A DNA stretch of 64,000 nt from Eledone cirrhosa (lineage: Eukaryota): the NCBI GenBank assembly GCA_964016885.1, contig OZ024745.1, positions 110,174,001 to 110,238,000 of the forward strand, read 5' to 3'. Position 1 is the first letter of the stretch, and each line of letters starts with the position of its first letter. The notes under the pieces were generated by a model. That model saw nothing but the letters and a program-made list of their open reading frames with translations. It was not told the DNA's origin and made no database searches. Positions 1-12,592 of this stretch are shown in pieces. The position numbers and the translations under genes are program-made.

Positions 1-4
1 TTAA

Positions 5-218
5 CCTATTAGCATTTACATTATTTATATTTATTTATTGTATTTTGTGATAAAGGTTTAATATCTCACATAATATCAAATCTATGAGATTTTGATATTA
101 TTTATTTTGAGAACAATACTATAACATAAGTATGAGCAGCCAGTTACAACCGGTTTGAACAGAAAGAGGTGAGAGAATTCTGGCTGGATAATGCTAAAGG
201 GTTTAAATGCTAAAGAGG
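5..218 (-). mobile_element. TTAA-flanked (piggyBac-type) MITE, family A
   Basis: TTAA-CC..TTAGCATTTA left end and TAAATGCTAAAG right end; interior is the reverse complement of copies at 14617, 26872 and 59612. Confidence 0.7.
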
Positions 219-2018
219 TATAAACAACATCTGACTCAAACTGTTATATTGGTGGTCACCCCTTTCAGGACGGGATTAACTTGACAGTTAGTTTCACTTA
301 TTTCAGGGTCTTATATGCCCTATTATTCAGACTATTTCTCTATAATCATAAAAAATTCGATGAAGCTTCTTACTTTATCATAAATTTCAAACTTCACTCA
401 TCTTTTCTAAAACATGCATTCATTTTTAGTTTATTTTCAGCACCAATTCTTCAAAGCCTTGATACAAACATAAAAAAACAACAACTGTGCTTAAATAGTT
501 ATAGAAACAAAAATATAATTTCAATTATACAAATGTAAGATCTCAAACATTAAAATGTTGATTCAATTTCTATTCCAATATGTCGAGTTACTTGACTTTT
601 GTTTTCAAGCTTTTAAATGCTGCCAATATCAATTTGATAAATATCACCAACTCTCTTCTTTCAAATATAAAATGAAGCATTCTTAAATCAATGAATCAAA
701 CTAAATTTGATAAAACATTGCAAAATGCTTCTTATTTTTAAGACAGTAATTAATGAAGCAACATTTATAAAATGTATGATGTATTTTCCTAATCTTGAAT
801 TATATAAATATATAAATAAAACAAGAATTATATAAATATATAAATAAAACAATGTAGGAATAAGCTCCATATGATACACGTAGACAATAAAAACAACAAT
901 CTCACAAAATGTTAATATATAAACTTTTACTAACTTTATCTATATTTGTAGATAATAAAATGCAGTTTGTTTGAAGCATTGTATATAACATATAATGTGG
1001 AAAGTGATACAAGGCTAAACAATGCAAAACGGACTGTAAGATGAAGGTAACGAAAAAGTAAGTTACCTAGTAATCTTTTGTTTTGTTTTTGTTGATGTTG
1101 TTTCTTTCTTTCTGGGACTTACAATTCCCTTCTTCAGAGTATAAGGAACTCTCAGAGAAAAATGTTCTGATTTCTTCCCTTTGGAATTCATCATCATCAC
1201 CATCATCATTTAACGTCTATCTTCCACACTAGCATGGGTTAGATGGGAATTGTCCCACTTGAGACAAGATTGGTCAGGTGACCATGTCTCACTCATATAG
1301 GGCTGTATATGGCAGGATGCCCTAGATATTAATATGTTTAATGTATCTGTTGGTTTCAGATCTGGTGATTACAGAGGCCACAAGCAAATAAGAAATCCAT
1401 CTTAAAAACAGAGTATAGTATACATGGGTTTATTCATATTATTACAACATGGCCATGATGTTTCAACAATATTGGTATTCACTAAGCTTCATTTTTCTTC
1501 TCTTAGCAAGTACATGAGATTGTAAGAATAAGAATAAATTCCTTTATATTCCAAAAATATCTCTGTAATTTTGAACAGATTAAATAAATCTGAAAATTTG
1601 AATATTCTGTAAGAATTGTTTAAATCAGTTTTTGTAAAATAATACATTTGCAGGATGGAAATAGTTAGAATAATACAAAGCAGAGTTGAGGTAGCAAATT
1701 GAAAGAGTCGTATTCCTTCCAGTTTCCTGCACTCTCAGTTCAAATCCTGCCATGGTCAATTTTGTCTTTCATCCTTTTGAGGTTGATAAAATGTACCAGT
1801 CTAGTATTTGGATCGATTCTTCCTCTATATCTCTTTCTCACTTCACCTCTCTAACACACTCAAACCCAGGGCTCTGCAAAGTTTTAAATGCCCAAAATGT
1901 CATATGTCATCATCAAGAATTATGCATGCATGCATACATACATACATGATGGCTGCCCCCTCATTATCGAGTATGGCCATTGCACGAGAAAAAAAAATAT
2001 ATATATATATATATATTA

Positions 2019-2065
2019 ACAACAACAACAACAACAACAACAACAGCAGCAGCAGCAGCAGCAGC

Positions 2066-2098
<33 letters not shown>

Positions 2099-2118
2099 AA
2101 TAATAATAATAATAATAA
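2019..2118. repeat. Compound trinucleotide microsatellite (CAA)n(CAG)n(CAA)n(TAA)n
   Basis: Directly visible; flanked by (TA)n. Confidence 0.95.
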
Positions 2119-2651
2119 TATACATATATATATATATACACACACACGCACACACAAACATATCTATACACACACACACGCACACGATAGCAATTAACAG
2201 CACTGTGATCGAATGTGGCTTTTTAGCCCAGCCAATGATCTAAAATGTCTTGCACAGAGTCGGCAACCAAAACATACATACATACAAGGTTAAGTTATTT
2301 TTATTGAATATTTTATACAATTTTATATAACAATATATATATATATAAACCTATGCTAGCGTGGAAGAGAGATGTTAAATGATGATGATGATGATATATA
2401 TACTGGGATTGTTTGTTGATATGTTGATATTGGTTGTGTGTCAATGTATTAATGTATAATTGAAGTTGAGAAAGTGATTTCTCCTTTGCATTAGAATTCA
2501 AGTAAATAAAGACCAAAAGGAAACCAAACTGCCTTTGATATAATTAATTTGTAGGTATGGAATACTATTAAACTATGTTAACATTACATTAAAATACAGA
2601 GTTCACAGAAAGGAAACAGTTTTCTTTGGATTGTATATATTTGGGTGTAGT

Positions 2652-2961
2652 TGTAGAAATAAAAGTGATGTATTATACATATCCTTTACACAGAGAGAGA
2701 GGGAGGGACTAAAATATATGAGTGCAGCAAATGCGATAGAGTAAAAGATGTAACTTTGTTGCCTAGCACTGTACTGACCTGCTGGATAAATACGAGCTGC
2801 GGCCAAAATAACTGTTGACTGAGTTGAGAGCCTGAATGCTCTAAGTTCCCTCTTTTATAGGTGAAGAGAGCTCTGGTCACTTGTCAGAAGTGACCAAATA
2901 CATATGATATAAAAATATGGCATAGTTTTGTAAAACAATAACAAAGAATGATTTTGCTACA
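2652..2961 (-). mobile_element. Possible solo LTR
   Basis: TGTAG...CTACA termini, TATAAAAG on the minus strand, about 310 bp; no TSD found. Confidence 0.3.
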
Positions 2962-2974
2962 ATATATGTGTGCA

Positions 2975-3020
<46 letters not shown>

Positions 3021-3059
3021 TACTTTGGGAGGGTCATGCTGCCAACAAATTCAAAAGCA

Positions 3060-3099
<40 letters not shown>

Positions 3100-3119
3100 T
3101 GAGAGAGAGAGAGAGAGAG

Positions 3120-3335
3120 ACTGTATTTCACATTGCTCCAGTGTACCCAGTTGTAGAAATGAGTTGTGATGTTACTAGTGCCAAGCTGTATCAGCTATTG
3201 TCTTTCCCTTGGACAACATCCTTGGCATGAGAAAGGAGACTTGTATGCATGGACAACCACTGGTCTTCCACAAACAACTTTTCCCAGATCTGTGCCTCGG
3301 AGGGGAACTTTCTAGGTGGAAATCCCACGGTCATT
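3120..3335 (+). mobile_element. 5'-truncated CORE-type SINE (same tail as 29091 copy)
   Basis: tatttcacattgctccag...gtagaaatgag core followed by gtgccaagctgtatc...cccttggacaacatc tail shared with 29230-29420. Confidence 0.75.
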
Positions 3336-4817
3336 ATATATATATAGAGAGAGAGAGAGGAAGAAAAAATAGATATATAACCCCAGAACAGGCTTCTACA
3401 CAATTCCACGCACAAGTTATCGGTTTGTCTGAAGCTATGATAGAAAAGCCTATGCATGGAGACTGAACCCAGAACCATCTGGTTATGAAGCAAATTTCTT
3501 AATCTTTTACTAACAACGAAAACAGCAAGATTTGATCTCAGGCTAATATCATTCAAGCACAAATACTAATATTTTACATTACAAATCATTTCTAAAATTT
3601 CATCTATGCAAACAAAATTTTTTTTTTTTTTGTTCCTCCGATGAAGATTTCCAGGCATTCCATCTCACCACCAGTTATCCATCTATCTCAAAATTAACTT
3701 TGAACTTACCAAATTAGCCCTGTCAATGTTTTTAAGAAGTGAACAGATAAAAATTAAATTGAAAAATAATAAACAAAAACAATAACGACTGAATATTTAA
3801 AATATCAAAACACCAAAAAATATTGGCAAGGCACTATCGAAATTAATTCTTATTACCATCCACTTTTAATTGGCTTTCATTGCAAAATTGTAAATGAAAT
3901 TTTGTTTCAAAAATTCCTATACTTTAATCTTTGTTGAACATTTTGACAATGGTTAATATAAAAAAAAATAAATAAATCTGACAAAGCTTACTTTGTGTAT
4001 TGGAATGTGCTTAATATTATTTACTTCTTTCTTTCTTTGTTTCTTTTATTCAAATAATTTAAATATCAGCAATGTAATTTATTTCATGCACTTCATCTGG
4101 TGCTCAATACAGTGATGCCCAATACTGTATTGCACTTTATCTCAAATATTCATCAAAAACATTAATTTTAATTAACAAGTTATATAAAATAGGAAGTATT
4201 ACTGTAGATTAGATTGGGGAGAGAGAAAAACAAACAAAAAAAAAACAAAACATTTTTGTTTATTTTGTTTCTTACCCATATTTGAAATTTTATTTCATTC
4301 TTCATTAAATAAATTTTGTTGATATTGTAAATGAAGAAGTCTAAAGAAAGAAAGAAGAAAGTTATTCATTTGAATTGATTCCGTTTTACAAGGAAGGAAA
4401 TAATGGTTATGTTTTCAAATTCAAATGTTAGCATGATCACTTCACATAAGGTGTAAACACTGAATTAATTTTACTTTGTCAATTAGTTACAGCTTGTTGC
4501 TTACCATCACAACCAAACTTCTCTCAATTTTATTTTAGTTTTTTATTATATCATAACCAACGGGGGTGGGGGGAAGATCTCCTCCTTATTATTACTACTA
4601 TTACTACTAATAATAATAATAACAATATCAGTGCAATCATATTGCTATTATAATAGCTTCTATATCCTTCTTGTTCTGTAAGCTAATAAGTTTGATATTG
4701 TTATTGTTGTTGTTTGTTTTGCAACGTCCAATTAACGAAATAGACATGAGGACCAGCAGCTTCAACAATTAACAAATTTCACAAACTTAATGAAGAGAAA
4801 CAATGAGAGGAATCAAA

Positions 4818-5080
4818 TGTGTGGGGATATGTATGGAGGAGGGAGTAGGGTGGAGGTATGTATGGAGGGAGTGGGGTGAGGGTATGTGTGGAGCGAATGG
4901 AGTGGGGTGAGGGTATGTGTGGAGGGAATGGGGTTGGGGTATGTGTAGAGGGAGTAGGGTGGGGATATGTGTGGAGGGAGAAGGGTGGGGGTATGTGTGG
5001 AGGGAGTGGGTGGGGGTATGTATGGAGGGAGTGGGGTGGGGTATGTGTGGAGGGAGTGGGTGGGGGTATATGTGGGAGTA
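4818..5080 (+). repeat. G-rich ~30-bp minisatellite (GTATGTGTGGAGGGAGTGGGGTGGGG-like)
   Basis: About 8 degenerate tandem units visible. Confidence 0.85.
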
Positions 5081-5299
5081 TTTGTGTGAGTGAGTGTGTG
5101 TGAGTGAGTGAGTGTGTGTGTGTGTGAATTAGTGTATGAGTGGGGGAAAGAGAGAAATAGTTATAGGCAGAGAGAAAAGATAGAGAGAGAAAGAAAAAGA
5201 CAGATAGAAAGAGAAACAAAAAAAATAAAAACGGAGAGACTGGAAGAGAGATGAAATGAGAGAAAGAAAGACAAAGACAAAACAGAAAAAACATATATA

Positions 5300-5321
5300 C
5301 ATACATAGAGAGAGAGAGAGA

Positions 5322-5387
<66 letters not shown>

Positions 5388-5690
5388 CTGGCAGACCAAG
5401 TAGACAGGAAGATACACAGATACAAATCTAAAAACACAGACAGACAGAATGGTAGACAGACTAACAGACAGACATACATGCAGGCAGGCAGGCAGGCAGA
5501 CAGACAGAATGGTATACAGACTAACAGACAGACATACATGCAGGCAAACAGACAGACAAAATGGTATACAGACTAACAGACAGACAGACATGCAGACAGA
5601 CAGACAGACTGACAGACAGAAAGAGATGCAGACAGACAGACATGCATGCAGACAGACAGACTGACAGACAGAAAGAGATGCATACAAAGA
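5300..5690. repeat. (GA)n followed by degenerate (CAGA)n with ~60-bp repeated units
   Basis: Directly visible. Confidence 0.9.
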
Positions 5691-6014
5691 CCAATTCCTC
5701 ACAGTCTGATTTCAATTCAGTAATATTTGTTTTTCATATGGAAAGTATTTTCTTTCGTTTTTTTTTTGTGTTTTTTTACTAATTTACTATTACATTTTTT
5801 GTGTTTTTTTACTAATTTACTATTACATTTTTTAGCTCACAAGTCAGGGAAGATAGATTTCTTCTCTTTTTTCTTTTTGATTACAGTAAGTAGCCTTTCT
5901 GTATTGGCCAAATGACATGTGTCTGAAGGTTACAGTTCCACATTAAAGTAAATGGGCAATGACAGGCCAAACTGTAGATATATGTGGATATATGTGTTTG
6001 TATGCGGATATGCA

Positions 6015-6016
6015 TA

Positions 6017-6080
<64 letters not shown>

Positions 6081-6199
6081 TATATATATATATATGTTTA
6101 TATATTTATATGTCTATATATAAGTATATATATATATATGTCTATATACAAGTATATATATATGTCTATATATATATGTATATATATATATATATATGC

Positions 6200-6233
<34 letters not shown>

Positions 6234-6458
6234 GTATATATATAGGCATATATATAGACATATATATACACACATATACATATCTGCATTCAAACACATA
6301 TGTATAGTTTGGCCTGTCATTGCCATTGTGTGTGTGTATATGTATGGATATATATGGATATATATATGTATATAAGTATATATATATACACACACACACA
6401 TATATATATATATAAATATATATATGTATATAGAGAGAGAGACATATATATATATAGA

Positions 6459-6495
<37 letters not shown>

Positions 6496-6600
6496 GTATA
6501 TATGTGTGTGTGTATGTATATATATATACATATATATACATACACACACACACACACATATACATATATATATATATGTATGTATATTTATGTGTATCAT
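6015..6600. repeat. Degenerate (TA)n/(CA)n microsatellite block
   Basis: Directly visible; similar blocks at 8750-9130, 11801-12170, 18820-19060, 29990-30210, 42980-43090, 51855-52025 and 63195-63960. Confidence 0.95.
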
Positions 6601-8749
6601 CATCATCATTTTTGTGGATGTGTGAATATTTGTTAGCAAGGAAAGATGGACATTAAGTGATGATGATGATTATATATATATATATAAAAGAAACAATATA
6701 TCTAAAATAAATGGTAACAAAAGAAAACTTTATTTGGTATGCAAAGAGCAAAAAATAATGTGTATACACGTGTCCCGTGTGTTTTTCTAATGTTCCTCAG
6801 TCCAATACAATGCAATATATATAGAATAAAGATGAGAAGCTATTCTATGTTAACTTCTTTCACATAACAGATTCTAGCCAGAGATTTTGAATATGTGTTC
6901 TGACATATAATTGAAAGAACAAAACACTCATGGATCTGACATTGCTCAGGTCAATCGGAGAGAGATGGAAGCCTTGATTTTGCCATAAGGCTATCATTAG
7001 GCTAAAACCTATAATGTTTGCACTGTTGGCAGGAACATTTTCCCAAGAATTAAAGTTTTTATCATGATTGGCAACTGTTAGGTCCTTAAAATGGACTGAC
7101 TACATAACAGGCTTGATAGACAGACACCCGTCTTTGTTGACCATTTGTTTGTTTGTGTGCTTTTTGTTTTTTCATCAATCGTGTTAAAGACATGATGAGA
7201 CGCATTACATCGATAACTACTGCTTAATAGGTGTTTGCTGGATGACATTTGATTATGATCATTATTCTTTCAGAAGATAAGCTATGAGAAACAGAATCTG
7301 TAAACAGTGTGCTTTGATTAGCAAATAGAAAAATCAAGCAACAACAAAGTCACTGCATCTGACAAGATGATTTCCTCTTGTATAAGTTTACTTTAAACAA
7401 TGCAAAACAAGTAAAAGAACAGAAGAAGAGGAAGTTAAACATGATTAGGGTGTAATAGAAAAGGAAAAAAAAATACATTAAACTAAGCAGAATGTTTTCT
7501 CTTTATCTGAAACTTATTTGTAGAGAAAATTGAAAAGCAGTTCAATCCTAGATTACAGCAGACGTTTCAATTTACTTATAGTTGTATTATTGAATAATGA
7601 AAATACGAAAATAATGAAGTTGTACAAAAAAGAAACATGACAGGATTGAACACATATAAAAATAAAGTAACACTATATAAAAATAACATATAAAATAACA
7701 TATAAAACACATATAAAAATAAAGTAATACTTTATCTTAAACAAAACAAAATATAAAAATATACACAGAAATGCATATAATCAGAGCAAATAAGTAAATA
7801 TATAACAGACAATAAATATAGATGAAGTAGAAAGTTTTTTCAAATAACTATATTAGATTCCAGGATTCCCTTTGTTTCGATGAAAATGAAGCAGAGAAGC
7901 ATTGAAATGGCATTAGCCTTATATTGTCGCACCTATAAGTAACAACCAAGTTTAAATGATTAGATCTCAGCAACAAAAACAATAGAAAGCAAAACTAAAA
8001 GCAGAAATAATTCAACTAAATCAGCTTCTAAATCACCGTCTCGGAGTCAATAAGATATTTCATTCAAGTGACTTTGTGTGGTATTCAGTGTTTAATTACA
8101 AAATATTCTATCCAGGCTATTGTAGATCTCTTGATAAAATCAGGCTAATTAGAGGCAAATTCTATGTTCGCACTAATTGTTTCCAATCTAAGTTGTAAAC
8201 ATTTAATCATTCATTAAGGAATATTTCTGCCTGAAGAGCATGGAAATTGAATTTTCTCAATCCTATAATAATATAGGACATTAGAGATATTTCACATTTT
8301 GTTAAAGCTTTGCATAAGATTAGATTAAAATCTGTAGCCAATATTTTTCATATTTATTTCATTGCTGTAATTTCTTCTTTTGTTTCAATTCGTTTTCCCA
8401 CTCAGCATGTCTCCTTTACTGCCACTATATAAATTACTAAAATAATTAACGATAAATACAGATTGTTAATTACTAATAAAATTTCATCAAAAATGTTTCA
8501 TTTATGTGCATAATTATTGCATTCAATGCTAACATAAGCATATAAGAGCTGTATTACTAAGATATGATAACTACAAAACATCTAGAAAGTATTGTAAGAG
8601 ACAAATGAAGAATCTAAGACAAAAATTTCAACAAAATGTTACATATTCTTTTATCTGTTTATTCTATTAGATTGCGTAATTCATTTCAGCAAAGCACTGA
8701 ACATAATTTGTTTTTGTGATATATTTTTGAGTCTTTCTTCATAAAAGTG

Positions 8750-8805
<56 letters not shown>

Positions 8806-9068
8806 CACACACACACAAAGATACATATATATAAACACATACATGTATGTATATATACATATGTATAGATTCATATACATATATATATGTGTGTGTGTGT
8901 GCATATATATACACACACGCGCACACACAAATATACATATATATAAACACATACCTGTATGTATGTATATATTTATATATATATACATGTATGTATATAC
9001 ATACATGAGCATATATATATATGTATGTATACATATATGAGTATATATATGGGTATGCATACGTGTAC

Positions 9069-9114
<46 letters not shown>

Positions 9115-9421
9115 TGCGTGTGTGTATACATATACATCATCAATTCAATTGTCCATGCTTCCATGGGCATACACACATATTTATTGTTTTACTGATTACA
9201 GCCATTACAAATGTGTGGCTCCAGCCCATGCCAGCAGGGAATGTAGAAGTAAATTATAAGGTGGACGATGTATCAATACATACATATAAAATATAAATAC
9301 AGATCTCCCTGGGTTAGTTTGGATCTAGCTGTCGAAATGGCCAGAGCTCAGCCGTCAGGATCTTGACTCTTTTCCTATATATATATATATATATATAAGT
9401 GGTTACACAACAGTTAGTTCA

Positions 9422-9471
9422 CCATACTGTGAACAATTGTTTCACCTTAGCGGATCCTCAGCTCGTAATGG
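9422..9471 (-). ncRNA. Second pLTR hammerhead copy with damaged stem I
   Basis: Same core, but the 3' arm reads cacaguaugg, giving two extra mismatches in stem I. Confidence 0.55.
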
Positions 9472-9627
9472 ACATGGTTATACTGAACAGGAAGGATAAC
9501 TGTACGAACACGCATGCGCAGAAACCGGTCACTTCACACAGGCAATACTAAAATGCGTGTGAGGGGTGTAAGGGAGATAACTGCGAAAGTCCGAAAAGTT
9601 TCTAGTTGATAAGAAAATTATGATGTG

Positions 9628-11135
9628 ATTCAATCCGGAGCTTTGTAGTTATGCAAGAGGTGTTTCGAGACGTGTGGACAATGTGTGAAGAATTCATTTC
9701 TCGTGTTTAGGCAATCACTATTGCATAATATCTTTAGAATATTTATTCGTTCATCAATACATAGTCCACACGATGGATTTCCCCTTGCGTATGGCTTGGA
9801 CTTAGTGATGGCTTTTCATTGAATGGAGTAGTCTATACTTGAGTCCTTGAGGGACCATACATGGCTCGCGAGTTTCGTGGATGAACGTCTGTCCGGGTAC
9901 CTAAAGGTCGACTAGTGGTTCAGGAAAGGTTCCTTAAATCGGCCCTCCGCCATGCCCACATAGGATTTGACCTCCTGTGGTTGATTTGGTCGGTTGGAAG
10001 TGACCACAGCTTCATAAATTATAGTGGGTGTGTTGCATTGCTATTGAAGGGGACAAGCTTCGGGCTTACGGCTAGAGTACCCTGGTGGGGTGTTGCTCAT
10101 AGGGCTGCTGGTGATGTGGGCCTTCATGTTCTTAGCGCAGGAGTATCCTAGTTTTACTTTGTGTCGGTTAAAGATGGAGCGGTATTTATGACCTATGGGA
10201 AAGTGTCTATCTAAGAGGGCTAGAAATCTTTTGTCGACATTGGTTTTAACGTTGAGTGAGAAGGGAGGAGAGAACCAGATAGTTTGTCTATTGTTACGCT
10301 TTCTTTTCTTATTGCTGTTGTTGATAGTGGGAGAGTAAGTGATAGGTTGCGAGAAGCTGCTGTTAGTTAACGCGGTGTTATAGTAGGGTGCCGCCCTGTC
10401 AAAGAAAGCCTTATTAGAGGAGAGGTTTGAGATTCTAGTACTGATATTATTTACGAAGTTTCTAAAAACAGTGGAAGGGTGGCATGAGTCCTTGCGAATC
10501 TAATTGAGTTTCTCGTTTAGCTTATGGAAGGGTCTGTAGGTGTGCGTGCGAAGGTCTAAATTAATGTCTAAGAAATCTACGCTAGAGAGGTTGGTAGCTA
10601 CTGTTATCCTAAGTCCTAACTCATTGAAGGTAGAAGCTAAGTATTTTTTAAACCGGTCGAGGTCGTGACCACTTTTATGGCTCGATAAGGTCAGTCCATC
10701 ATTGTGGTATATTCCCGTATGGAAGTCCGGGAATCTAACACGTAATATGTCTAAAATAAATAGGCCAACCAAGTCGCATATGTCAGCACTGTCAAACGAT
10801 CCCATGGAGACGTCAAATAGGTCTGAAGTGTAGACTTCTTTGCCCAGGCTACTCCGTCGTTGAAGAGGAGGGTTTTCCGGCAGTGAGCGATGATTTCCCT
10901 GTCTAAATCATCGACAGTGGTGTAAGTGGTAGCGAAGTCCAATGCTTTGTTTAACAGGGTCTCTGAGATCGATGGGTAAAATCGACAATGTCAAACTGTG
11001 TGAACTTCGCTTTTTTGGATTTTAAGGAGCTAAACCACTTAATTACAGAGTCGCTGTTCTCCCACTGGGGCAGGTTGGACTTGGTCCTAATGGTCTTAAC
11101 TATGTTTCTAAGTATGGCCTTACTGACTGGTCCCA
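9628..11135 (-). pseudogene. Disrupted PLE reverse transcriptase-GIY-YIG ORF
   Basis: ORF-track pieces 10500-10805, 10751-10942 and 10951-11166 join by frameshifts; in-frame stops in the endonuclease part. Confidence 0.88.
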
Positions 11136-11658
11136 TCCAACCGACCAAATCAACCACAGGGGTCAAATCCTATGTGGGTATGTTAGAGGGCCGATTTAAG
11201 GAACGTTTCCTGAACCACCAGTCGACCTTTAGGTACCCGGACAGACGTTCATCCACTAAACTCATAGGCCACGTATGGTCCCTCAAGGACACAAGTATAG
11301 ACTACTCCATTTAATGGAAAGCCATCACTAAGTCCAAGCCATACGCAAAGGGAAATCCGTCGTGTGGACTATGTATTGATGAACGAATAAATATTCTAAA
11401 GAGATTATGCAATAGTGATTGCCTAAACACGAGAAATGAATTCTTCACATGTTGTCCACACGTCTCGAAACACCTCTTGCATAACTACAAGACTCCGGAT
11501 TGAATGACAACATCATCATCATTTTCTTATCAACTAGAAACTTTTCGGACTTTCGCAGTTGTCTCCCTTACACCCATTTTAGTATTGCCTGTGTGAAGTG
11601 ACCGGTTTCTGCGCATGCGCGTTCGTACGGTTGTCCTTCTTGTTTAGTATAACCATGT

Positions 11659-11708
11659 CCATTACGAGCTGAGGATCCGCTAAGGTGAAACAATTGTTTT
11701 CGGTATGG
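11659..11708 (+). ncRNA. Type I hammerhead ribozyme motif in pLTR
   Basis: ccauuacgag-CUGAGGA-uCCgcuaaGGu-GAAA-caauug-UU^uucgguaugg; stem I cgag/uucg plus ccau/augg; palindromic stem III. Confidence 0.75.
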
Positions 11709-11797
11709 TGAACTAACTGTTGTGTAACCACTTCTACCTAACTCGTCCCATGGACTGAGTGCTCTACCACTACGGATATTACCTTCCAGTGTTCTAC

Positions 11798-11860
<63 letters not shown>

Positions 11861-11881
11861 CATAGATATATATATATACAC

Positions 11882-11912
<31 letters not shown>

Positions 11913-11947
11913 TATATATATATATACACATATATATATATATATAT

Positions 11948-12050
<103 letters not shown>

Positions 12051-12106
12051 TATATATACTGTACCGATTGTGTTGTTATTTCTGTTTACCTTTTACACAC
12101 ACACAC

Positions 12107-12169
<63 letters not shown>

Positions 12170-12208
12170 TTAATATAGAAAAGATTCGTGAGAAATCAGG
12201 AAGCTGGC

Positions 12209-12259
12209 AGCTTTCTGATGATTTCTCACGAATGAAACAGTTCTAGTCCTGTAGAAGTT
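12209..12259 (+). ncRNA. Type I hammerhead ribozyme motif in a short PLE-like remnant (12173-12349)
   Basis: agcuuu-CUGAUGA-uUUCucacGAAu-GAAA-CAGuucuagucCUG-UA^gaaguu; all three stems can pair. Confidence 0.75.
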
Positions 12260-12444
12260 TTTCTATAAAAAAACATTTATACTCTGCTATGTATTGAGTA
12301 CCTTACTTACTGTGGTTACCCCTGATTCAACCCGGAATAACTTATCTCTATATATATAATATATGTATGTGTGTGTGTTTCTTTTTCTTTTCAATGGCTG
12401 ATAATACTTTAGCAGAGCTACCTGAGTGAGGTAATTATTTAACC

Positions 12445-12592
12445 CATAAAATGTGGCCCTAACAGGTACTACTGCTCCAAGCCAGTGCAGCCCTGAGAGT
12501 GATAATAACTAAGGGGTAACTCTCCATTTACCACAGCCCTTGAACTCCCGAACTGGAGCCTTGCCACTGGATGCAGTTTAATATCATACCAA
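12445..12592. repeat. Unclassified interspersed-repeat fragment
   Basis: GC-richer segment (ccctaacaggtactac...ggagccttgccactggatgcag) ending at (TA)n; family resemblance only. Confidence 0.35.

Larger units (their letters stand above)
9397..11800 (-). mobile_element. Penelope-like retroelement (Neptune-type), 5'-truncated, with inverted pLTR
   Basis: Minus-strand RT fragments (QWENSDSVIKWF, QFDIVDF, MGSFDSADICDLVGL, YHNDGL, VDFLDI) and GIY-YIG domain (IYEAVV...KSYVG...CGLCIDE...LNTRNE). 9397-10005 is repeated in inverted orientation at 11129-11733. Both ends abut (TA)n. Confidence 0.92.

Noticed and set aside
10988-11314. Plus-strand 108-aa ORF containing SYVG
   Set aside because: Chimera of antisense RT and the inverted GIY-YIG fragment; not a gene.
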